Positions 53,669 through 64,000 of a stretch of DNA of 64,000 nucleotides are shown piece after piece. Origin of the DNA: Octopus vulgaris (lineage: Eukaryota); NCBI GenBank assembly GCA_951406725.2, contig OX597815.1, forward strand, positions 89,094,001-89,158,000, written 5' to 3'. Numbering within the stretch: the first letter of the stretch is position 1; every line of letters starts with the position of its first letter. The notes beneath the pieces are model-generated. The model was not told where the DNA came from and ran no database searches. It saw only the letters and a program-made list of their open reading frames with translations. A program made the translations under genes and the position numbers.

Positions 53669-53900
53669 TGTGTGTATGTGTCTATGTGTATTTATCTTCG
53701 GATCTGTATTTGTCTCCCATCACCGCTGGCAACCGGTGTTGGTGCATTTATCTCCCACGTAATTTAGCAGTTTGGCAAAAGGAACCGATAGAATAAGTAC
53801 TAAGCTTGCAGAATTAAGTCATGGGATCGATTTCCCCGACTAAAGCCCTTCGAGGTGGTGTTCCAGCATGGCCGCAGTGAAATGCCTGAAACAAAAGAAT
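53485..53900 (+). mobile_element. SINE (38400 family), headless
   Basis: gaaactgaaagaagcccgtcgtata and 3' ccagcatggccgcagt. Confidence 0.8.
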
Positions 53901-54763
53901 TTAATCAGGTGCAATAGTTTCCAGATTTCGCCTATTACATGGTAACTTAAACCGTATTCGAAATATCGGTCTTTCCCTAATATATAATTTATTTTTACTT
54001 ATGACGCGCCATATATAACTACACACGGCGCAGAACTACTTTAACTTATGCCCAAAGCTTGAAAAGATGTTCCTCATTTTGTTATGCTAACTCTGTATGT
54101 ACATGATTTCTGCTTGGCAATGCTATCTTTAGCTGTTAAATATTTCCTATAATAAAATCAATATTTTTCATTAAACTATGTACAAGTCGCGACGTACGTT
54201 CAATTATAATATAAGCATCTCTTGTGACACATGTCCATTGAATATCTGAGACTACTATGATTTTTTTTATTATATAAGGAACTCCAAACTTAATATTAAT
54301 TTCGTTTTTGATTCCCAACAAAAGCTCTACGCTTCACGAAAGTAAAATAGGATGTACGATGTACATGTAAAGATATTAGTATCACAATAAATGATTTATT
54401 AAAATGGGTACATTTCTAGGGAGTGAAAAATATAGATGTCATGTCGACATATGTAATTTTGGTATTTGGAAACTAAATAAAACAGACATAACATCATTGT
54501 TCACAGTTTATTATTCCCAAATCGTTGAATCGTTGCATTTGCATCAATTAATAGCATTATTTTATATATTACTATTATTATTATAGTGATTATTATTATT
54601 ATTATGACAATTTGTAATCAAAAGCATCATTGGTTTAGAAGTTTCCACCAGGCAGTTTCCCTGGATTTCTGACGGTAAGTCTGAATAAAAAGTGTCCGTA
54701 ACTCAGTATATAAATATATCTGACGGTATGTCGTTATTAAAAGGCTGTGTGTTTTCATCAATA

Positions 54764-54960
54764 TCTATAAATCTGAAATGCGAAAAGTTTGTTTGTCTGA
54801 TTTTGGCATTGGAACGGGTTAAAGGCCACTAGATCCCGTCAGATTGACTCCAAAATTTACAGGTACATGTACAATGAGGTGAGGATGTCAGTGGGCTAGC
54901 GTAGAAATCCATATCTTAAAAGGTGTGGTTAATAGGGCAAAAAATGCACATTTTGACAAG
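54764..54960 (+). mobile_element. Helitron-like non-autonomous 5' end
   Basis: Homologous to 40857-41030. Confidence 0.6.
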
Positions 54961-55469
54961 TCTTCTCTCATTCTTTTATGTGTCTGCCTTCCTCCGTCTC
55001 CCTCTCTTTCCTCTCTTCCTTTCAATTTCTCTCTATAACGCCGTTTGACAGTGTCTACTATCTTTCCCCCGCCGCCTTCACTCTTTCTTCCACACCCTCT
55101 CTCTCTCTCTCTACGTCTGTTAGCATTCATAGAGAGAATTATTATCGCCACCAGCACCACACAATCATGAGAACAAATATTATGAATCAGATATTTATTG
55201 GGTTAATTTATATATATATATGTGTGTGTGTGTTCTATATATAAATATGTATATATAATGTATATATACAAAGTGTATATATCTGTATTTATATATATAT
55301 ATATATAATTTGTATACATTTGTATATATAATGCGTATATATGTACATATATATATATATTTAATGCGTATATATATATATACATATAATGTGTGCATTA
55401 TGTGGTCAGTTGAGCTGAAAATATGCACACCTATGTTAAAAGGGCTGGTGAGTTTGCATGGCAACTATT

Positions 55470-55635
55470 TTTTCCCTCAAATGAAGGTTACGAAGGAATG
55501 TTATAGAAGAGTTCGTGCAGTCCTGAAGTCTGAGCTGAATGCATATAATATCGTGTTAGCTATAAATGACTAGCAGTACCAGTTATTCTTTATAGCTCCA
55601 ATGTGCTTACCTGGAATACCAGTGAAATAATGAAA
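55470..55635 (+). mobile_element. R4/Dong-like RT C-terminal fragment
   Basis: KECYRRVRAVLKSELNAYNIVLAIN/AVPVILYS..LTW..SEI. Confidence 0.75.
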
Positions 55636-56756
55636 ATTTCCCCAAAAAACTTTTCAAAAATTTCAAAATATTTTCTAAATTTTCCTCAAAAATTTTTGAA
55701 AATTTTCCCCAAAAATTTTTGATAATTTTTTTGAAAATTTTCCCCAAAATTTTTGAAAAACTTTTTGAAAATTTTCCCCAAAAATGTTTGAAAAATTTTT
55801 TAAAACTTTTCTCCAAAAATTTTTGAAAAATTTTTTGAAAATATTCCCCAAAAATTTTTGAAAATTTTTTGAAAATATTCCCCAAAAATTTTTGAAAATT
55901 TTTTCGGAAATTTTCCCCGAAAATTTTTGAAAAATCCTTTGAAAGTTTTCCCGAAAAATTTTAGGAAAATTTTTCCCAAAAATTTTGGAGAAACTTTTTT
56001 GAAAATTTTCCCTAAAAATTGTTGAAAAATTTTGAAAAATTTTTTTGAAATTTTTCCCCAAAAATTTTCGAAAAATTTTTTGAAATTTTTCCCCGAAAAT
56101 TTTTGAAAAATTTTTCTGAACAGTTGTTCTTTATAGCTCCAGTGTGCTTACCTGGAATACCAGTGAAATAATGAAAATGATTGAAAATTTTCCCCAAAAA
56201 CTTTTCAAAAATTTCTTGAAACATTTCTCCAAAAATTTTATGAAAATTTTTTGAAAATTTTCCCCAAAAATTTTTTTAAAATATTTTCTAAATTTTCCTC
56301 AAAAAGTTTTGAAAATTTTCCCCAAAACTTTTTCGAACATTTTCCCCAAAATTTTTGAAAATTTTCTCCAAAAATGTTTGAAAAATTTTTTGAAAATTTT
56401 CCCCAAAAATTTTTGAAAAATTGTTTGAAAATGTTCCCCCCAAATTTTTTGAAAATATTTTCTAAATTTTCCTCAAAAAGTTTTGAAAATTTTCCCCAAA
56501 ACTTTTTCGAACATTTTCCCCAAAATTTTTGAAAATTTTCTCCAAAAATGTTTTAAAAATTTTTTGAAAATTTTCCCCAAAAATTTTTGAAAAATTGTTT
56601 GAAAATGTTCCCCCCAAATTTTTTTTAAAATTTTTGAAAATTTTCCCCAAAAATTTAAAAAGAAATTTTTAAAAATTTTTCAAAAATTTTTTGAAAATTT
56701 TCCCCAAATATCTTTAAAAAATTTCTTGAAACTTTTCCCCTAAAATTTTTGAAAAA
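55631..56756. repeat. Homopolymer-block minisatellite (GAAAATTTTCCCCAAAAATTTTT-like)
   Basis: Direct inspection; two blocks each headed by the same ~57-bp LINE piece (55580, 56120). Confidence 0.9.
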
Positions 56757-57775
56757 TAATGCATTTCTGTTGAATGTATGTATATATGCATGCAGGTATG
56801 TATGTATGTATTTTCGATGCTTGAAATTGTAGGCTACAATTTTAGACCTTGGTGCATCAAATATGCGTAAGGACAAATCACTTTAAAGAAATGGCCTCAG
56901 GCTTTGTAACTGTTTCTGATCCTTTTATATAATATAAACCCCAGCGATACTAGGTGCTACTGCTACGAGTTTCTCTGTGTGTGTGTGTGTCATATACATA
57001 CATGCATACAAAGAAAGAAACAGTCATCAGGAATGTACATATGTACATATTTGATGATTGCAACTTAATTTTGATCAATGCCATTGCTTAAGCATAAACA
57101 GAATGGTTATGGCTTTCCATTACCGCTCGAGATCTTCATATCTGCATAGATGTGGCAATGATGGATGCCACTTGATGCAGCTGTTCAGAGAACATATCAC
57201 CCATTGACGCATGCTTTCATTCCATCATGGAATTTTTCGTTGAGTATTTTTTTCTTTTTCGGTTATAGCCAGTCATATGATGCAACTCATAATGGAGACG
57301 TTAATCAAGCGATTCGTGTACCTGAAACATTTTGTAATAAGGAAAGGCCTCGTACAAGGTCGATCTAGCTCTCTAAATAACGTATGCAATTACCAAAAAC
57401 TAAAGAGTTGTCTAAATCATTGGATGCAGACAAAATTGCACATATTACATCGGAGTTTTCTTTCTGGAGAGACTGACTAAACGATCTGGATGAAGAAATT
57501 CCGTCATTTTCCTTCTACTAACAAAGGCTCTCAGGGCAGTTCTATGGATGATGTCCCTGAGATAGTCTCATCTCTGCTGAACATTGTCCCCCTGATGGGT
57601 CTGCAAAATGGGCATCTCCCAGTGTCTTGAAGAATACATCTGTCTTAGTTGGGTGTTGATTTGAGGTAGCATTGATGCGCTGCTATATACATACATACAT
57701 ACATACATACATACATACATACATACATACATACATACATACATACATACATACTTACATGCATACATACATACA

Positions 57776-57831
<56 letters not shown>

Positions 57832-57849
57832 TATACATATATATATATA

Positions 57850-58030
57850 GACCGTTGAAATTAACAGAAAAGCAAAAGACGAAGACAGGTGTATAAACAA
57901 CAAGCAGGTGTATTAGTTTAACGCTCGAGAACGTGAGAAAGTCTTTTACGTTTTGAGCCTATGCTCTTCAACAGAAAGGAACAGGAGGACATAAACAGAA
58001 AATTGAAAAAAAATTGTGGATTTAGCAGTC
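57850..58030 (-). mobile_element. Diverged relative of the 40717 repeat
   Basis: cttt-CTGTTGA-a-gagc atag gctc-AAAA-CG-TA-aaag at 57943-57978. Confidence 0.7.
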
Positions 58031-58186
58031 AAACATGCAGTTTCTCATGCCTTGTTTATATATGTACCATATCTATATGTATATAACTATATATATATAT
58101 GTGACGTATATTTGCCATTTGAATATGGCTAACCCGTAAGGGTGGATGCTACTGTAGTTTGTAGCCCCAAATTAAATATATATATA

Positions 58187-58336
58187 TAGGGAGAGTTTAC
58201 GAAAAAAACAAAAGACGAAGACAGGTGGTGTACAAAACAAACAGGTGTATTAGGATAACGCTCAGGAATATAAAAAGTCTTTTACGTTTCGAGCCTACGC
58301 TCTTCTACAGAAAGGGACACAGAAAAAACAAGGAGG

Positions 58337-58340
<4 letters not shown>
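58187..58340 (-). mobile_element. Copy of the 40717 repeat with hammerhead-like motif (58279-58314)
   Basis: cttt-CTGTAGA-a-gagc gtag gctc-GAAA-CG-TA-aaag. Confidence 0.75.
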
Positions 58341-58373
<33 letters not shown>

Positions 58374-58376
<3 letters not shown>

Positions 58377-58761
58377 ACTTTTGTGACCTCTATTAATTTT
58401 GCCTTTATGCCTTAATTGCTAATAAGCCCCACTTTTTAATTTATTGTTTACACTTTTACCGTTTTGAAAATCAGCACGTTTTCAACGGTTTTTCTTGTAA
58501 GACTGATAGAGGCAGTCGTGTTTAACTCTAGGCTTTAAGAGTCGCTGATGAAGATTAAGATGGCCTGCATCAAAATCCAAAATTGCGATCCGGCTATGCA
58601 AGCTGGGGACTTACCTCTCTTTATCAGTCATTAAGTTCAGTGCTCTTGTGGTTTTGAGTTATTCTAACAAAAACTGTGCTAGTCAGTACCATCTGTCACT
58701 TTTTTGACCTCTATAAAATCGCCTTTATTTAATTGCTAATAAGCTACTCTTTTTTTAATTT
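58374..58761 (+). mobile_element. 321-bp-period pLTR/retrozyme-like 1.2-mer with decayed hammerhead
   Basis: gtcactttt..gacctctat..ttaattgctaataagc at 58374 and 58695; agtcg-CTGATGA...aatc-caaaa-t tgcg a-tc-cggct at 58540-58595. Confidence 0.6.
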
Positions 58762-59252
58762 GTGAGTGAATATATATATTTATATGTATGGTGTGAGTGG
58801 GTGTGCGTGTGTGTGGTAAGTAGATATGTATACATGTGTGTAAGTGTGTGTATGCACACGCGAGCATCTGTGTATGTTTATGCGAGCGAGTGTATGTGTG
58901 CTTATATATATGTACGTGAGTGCGCGTACATATCCGTATATGTGAGCGTGTGTATATAGCCGTATGTATATGTGTGTGTAGATTTTATATATGTGTATGT
59001 GAATGTATATATATACGTGTGTGTGTGTGCACGCGCGCGCATATATGCGTGTATGTGTCCGAGTGTTGAATCTTAAAGGCCAGCTAAGGAGAATCATATG
59101 TGTAACCAGCCATGAAGAACAAATCAACAATACGAAGAAATAAAATACCAGTCTCTTTAAAACGGCAACCACTTTAAGAGTACGAGAATTACCATCCCAC
59201 TACATTTACGCATTCAAAGCAGTTTGCCAACGGCCCTTCACCAACAACATAC

Positions 59253-59357
59253 CCTGATAAGCTTTGTGATTACTACTAAATTAAAGCCACGACAGAGAGA
59301 TAGGATGTTCTTGAAGCCGAATATTTTAAATTTACAGAGACAATATTTACATATCAC
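59253..59357 (-). CDS. Candidate exon (phase 0-0), PKD-like
   Basis: gtgtttcctcAG...G|GTATGT; 105 nt; KFKIFGFKNILSLCRGFNLVVITKLI resembles the 2343-2424 peptide. Confidence 0.4.
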
Positions 59358-59671
59358 CTGAGGAAACACAACTAGATCTCATAATGCAGGGAAATAGTTT
59401 CTTAATCAAGTACCTGCACATCTGGAGAACTACGTTGCGTGCAAACAATTTTAGTGATTAAAACATAAATGTCCAACCGTACCCTTCTTTTTGACTCCAA
59501 TTTTTTCAATTATCTACTCACACACGACAGATGCCCAAACGCAAACCTGGAAATACATATAATATTACAACTGGAAAGCACAGTTTAAATGTGAAAGTGG
59601 ACGAGCGAGCTTTATACTGTATTCTACTATGTTCTTAACAGAATATACTATAATTATATATATACATATAT

Positions 59672-59803
59672 AAGACGGGCTTCTTACGGTTTACGTCAAC
59701 CATATCTACTCACAAGTCTTTGGTCGGCCCGAGTCTATAGCAGAAAACACTTGCCCAAGGTATCACGCAATAGTACTGAACCCAGAACCATGTGGTTGGG
59801 AAA
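59672..59803 (-). mobile_element. SINE head (38400 family)
   Basis: acttgcccaagg...ctgaacccagaaccatgtggttggg. Confidence 0.8.
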
Positions 59804-61622
59804 ACATATATATTTAAATATATCTGTATATATATACGGCAAGATGTGTGTGTGTGTGTGTACGTGATTGTAGGTTATGCACATCCACAATTTAGCACGC
59901 ATGTCGCTCAAATTTTAGAAGGACACCGGCCGGTGTACATTTTTACTTAAATATTGTAACCTTTTTTCAAACATATCACTTTTTAGCCTCGTGTAAAAAA
60001 TATATATATATATGTATATATATTTCGTTTTTCAATATTAATATGTATATGTAGAACTCTCTATGTTTTTTTTCTACTAGTCAACCTGTTACGTTATATT
60101 CTACAATGCACACGTGGCCCTGTTTATTATACTTTGCCTCGACGTGTTACCATTTTTTAAACATATCCGTTCAATTTTTATTCTTATTTTTATGTTATAT
60201 TTTATCGCGCATTTAGACGTGAATACACAGTGATATGTCTGTCATCTTTGCTCTTTCGTCTCGCCTGCTATTATTATTGTTTTTCCCTTTTGTAACTTGC
60301 TTGCTAGTATCCGATTTTTTCCTTATTAACCCATTTGTATTCTCCCTTATTGTATCTTATTTTACTTTATTTTATTAAACATTTTTTGATGTCCTTACAA
60401 AAGTTCCTCACTCTGATGAAAATGACAATGCATAAGCTTAATTATAATTACTATTATAATTTTTTTCTTACATATTTGTATTTTCCTTTGAAACGCGCAT
60501 ATGTATTGAATCCTATTTTGTATTAAATTTAATTTTGATTCAACATATTTTTCTCCTCCATTTTTCTATCATTGTTTATGGTATATTTATACCTAGAACG
60601 ACATTTTTCAAATATATATATATATACATCGTTAAGTATATTGTCTATTATACCTCGCTCAGAAATTTATTATATATATATACACACATATATATATATG
60701 TGTGTGTGTGTTTATGTGTGTTTTGTGTGTGTGTAAATATATATTTCAAAAATATTGACTACCGTCTTCAAGTCTGATAATACAGATGAGCATAATAATA
60801 TACTCTAGAAAATCCCTTATAGTCTAGAATTCAATTACAGCTTCGTATCTAGAAAATACCAAATTTACAAATCTATAAATTTTGGCTTCCTATCTGATAC
60901 TTAGATGTGTATAACTAAAAGCTGCCTGCGGGTTATGTAATATCTAATGAGAATCTTTCCGATTTACGTCACGCTAATTAATGGCTACATATTGACATAT
61001 AGTTACAAATTGTCTTATATAGAGAGACAACATTCAAAACCAATCGCTCTCGATTAAATTTCTAAAGGCTATGCTTATCTAATTATGTTTATCTGTAGCA
61101 TCTCCAGACAAACTATATTCCAGCAATAACGACTGTAAAGCGCCGATTCTGCGGCTGTAGGTGTAGCTGTAGCTTGTTGGAATACAGGATAAAGTGTCAT
61201 TGTTTCGTACATATCACCTACACTGAAATGAGTCTAGCATAGTCAATTAAATTTTTGAAAACCTGTTTACCTAAATATAAATAGTTACCACGACGTATTA
61301 TTTAAATTAGAGGCGTGAAAAAGTTGCTTCACATGTGAGGTGTAACTAAATTGAACACCTCATTATGCTGTGGAAATGACTTTCTCCCCGAATTTAATTC
61401 TTTCAGTTAAAGCAATGAAAGAATTCAATAGCATTTTATCGGCTTGTCATCTCCTGAGACGAAGTCCTTCCATGAACTACTAAAGAGGAGGTGAATGCTG
61501 GAAACAATAAACTTTATTACACGTTACTGAATAACTTCAAACGAAAGTAGTTCGAGTATTGTCGTTTTCTACTTACTTGTGATCTAAAATAAAAATTTAA
61601 AGGAAACAGTTACATTGTTGCT

Positions 61623-61760
61623 GAGGTAGCAAATTGGCAGAGTCATTAGTGCGCCTGAGTTCCTGCGTCTGAGTTCCTGTGCTCTGAGTTCAAATCTTAC
61701 TGAAGTCAAATTTGTCCCCATTCTTTTGCGGTTCAAAAATATGCATCATTCTAGTTCAGT
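61623..61760 (+). mobile_element. Degraded SINE (63175 family)
   Basis: ttggcagagtcattag...ctgagttcaaat with local ctgagttcctg duplications. Confidence 0.55.
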
Positions 61761-62337
61761 GGATTGGTGAATGTAAAACCGTCGGAGTGAATTCATCGAA
61801 AATTTATTCCACTGAATTGAATAGAGTTCAAATTACGTCAGCATTTAGTTCAGAAACAGTCTTAATACTTGCGTCCTGTTCAATACCACTATCTGATATA
61901 TGGAGTCTCATTAAAATAGATACTGTTGCAAGTATTCGGGTCAGATCTTCCATTTATAGATATATTCCTCTCTCCGTAACCCTAGTCCCAGAGGTGCTGT
62001 TATAGGTCAGGGGCATAACACTTGTTCCTGACTAAAAGACAAAAAATACAAACGAATTGGTGCTGGCAGCAAGATAGAAGTAAGGAGACGCAGGGATAGA
62101 TAAAAAGGTGTACATACACATAAGGAACTTATATTATTTTGGTTCTTAATATCAACGAGATTTGAGTTTAAGTTCATATAACGTGGTAAGAAGCATAGAC
62201 GCTTCTTCTGGGAATATTCATTTCAGGAGATTGATCGCAGGCGGACCAGATCTTCTAACTACACGAAAATTCAAAACTTAATTTAGAATTTTTTTGACTT
62301 CTTAATATATCATCTACAACTGCTTTGTATGTTTATA

Positions 62338-62394
<57 letters not shown>

Positions 62395-62622
62395 ACTCTG
62401 ATCATTACCGACATCCAGTCATTTTCTATTTTTAATAGTAAATGTTTCTCTTAAAATATTTCTTTAGTCTCAGAAGAATTCGATCCAAAATTATTCTCTG
62501 CAAAACAAGCTTATTCAAAGTCACCAATGTTATTGTATAGTTTTTACCGACGTAGATCATCACCAATTTTCTCGAAGTCGGTTTTAATTTTCTTCTGCTA
62601 TATGACTTTGACCTGTCGACAT

Positions 62623-62844
62623 CTACAAAACTTTGACATACAGCCTGTTTACAACATATAATTTATAAGTCACCGAATGATATATACATATTTTACCACA
62701 GCGATTCACACCTTCACGTTGTGTCCAACTAAGTCGATATCTGTAGATTGGATATAATATTAGAATATTAGCAGATTCCGATATTTTTGTTGACATCAGC
62801 AGATTATGCCTAAAATACTTTACTGATTGAATCAAATAATTCAA
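62623..62844 (-). pseudogene. PKD-domain-like ORF remnant
   Basis: YRLSWT...YHSVTYKLYVVNRL pattern; splice sites not defined. Confidence 0.25.
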
Positions 62845-63174
62845 TATTTATATATGATATCCCAACCAAGTCAAAATTGTGTAGTTATCTTCTTTTCGAT
62901 GTCGACAGATCTTATCTACGCAATCAATATCGGCATACGTGTATGTCCATTTTCTGCCTGCAGACTCGGTTTTGGAAATGTGCAGCATATGCATAATGCG
63001 ATAAATCCATTATATACAGGGAAAAAAAACATGCATACATATAATTACATAACATACAGAGATGCATATATATTTGTGAGTGTGTATTTGTACACGGATG
63101 CATATGTAAGGGAGAGAGGTGGGGAAGAATTAGAGAATTGAATAGATTTGTAGAAAAACTGTGGAACAAAATTA

Positions 63175-63408
63175 TACCTTTTTCTTTATTGCCCACAAGG
63201 GGCTAAACATAGAGGGGACAAACGAGGACAGACAAACGGAGTAAATCGATTACATCGACCCCAATGCGTAACTGGTGCTTAATTTATCGACCCCGAAAGG
63301 ATGAAAGGCAAAGTCGACCTCGGCGGAATTTGAACTCAGAACGCAGCGACAGACGAAATACCGCTAAGCATTTTGCCCGGCGTGCTAACGTTTCTACTAG
63401 GTCGCTGT
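63175..63408 (-). mobile_element. Young tRNA-SINE with Tx1-like LINE tail
   Basis: gttctgagttcaaattccgccgaggtcgac core; tail ttgtcccctctatgtttagccccttgtgggcaataaa. Confidence 0.9.
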
Positions 63409-63652
63409 TTTCAATTTTGTTCTCTGCAGAATTAAATTATACCTATTTATATGTCAGCGTGAATGGTATACATGCATATACATATATACACACACGCATG
63501 CAGACACAGATACACAGACACACGCACGCATACACACACAGATACGGACAGACACACACACACACATATAAATATTGGATGAGAAAGTCGAACAAAGAAC
63601 TCAATCCAAGGAAGATTACTAAATAACTACATACATAAATGTCTATACATGC

Positions 63653-63755
<103 letters not shown>

Positions 63756-64000
63756 CACATATGCATATATGTATAATTATACATCAATCAAGATCATACA
63801 TATGTATATGTGTGAGACCACATTTTTATGTATGTGTGTGCGTATATATGTGTGCGTGTGTGTGAGTATATCTTTGTTCGTGTTCGTATAAATAAATATA
63901 TATATATATATATATATAGATAAATCAGTGTACTCATGTATGTCTGTGTGATCGTGTGCGTGTAAATACGCACACGCTCACACGCGTTCGTGCCTGCGTA

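Noticed and set aside
55607-56876. K/F-rich ORFs and C4A4 telomere-like motif
   Set aside because: ORFs are repeat artefacts; C4A4 units are not contiguous
60411-60502. CTGATGA...GAAACGCG hammerhead candidate
   Set aside because: No valid NUH site or stem I pairing

Overview
AT-rich, microsatellite-dense animal genomic DNA. The tRNA-SINE families look like those described from octopus; this assignment is from recall, not a database search. No intact long host ORF is visible, and most track ORFs are simple-repeat artefacts. Transposon content: three Penelope-like elements (PLEs), an L1/Tx1-clade RT fragment in tandem with an ORF1-only element, a cluster of R4/Dong-like fragments in a (TAA)n tract, a CR1 fragment, mariners, Helitron-type and hAT non-autonomous elements, and many SINEs. 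Three less obvious signals stand out. (1) At least five unrelated repeat families carry minimal type-I hammerhead ribozyme motifs, including a self-complementary 365-bp retrozyme-like unit with a U3-A8 covariant core. (2) A Tx1-like LINE, an ORF1-only element and a tRNA SINE share one ~40-nt 3' tail, and the first two sit between three copies of a 16-bp target inside a PLE. (3) Phase-compatible cryptic exons on the minus strand resemble a PKD/REJ (polycystin-1-like) gene, possibly decayed. All alignments and folds were done by eye, so element ends are approximate unless a TSD or TIR is quoted.
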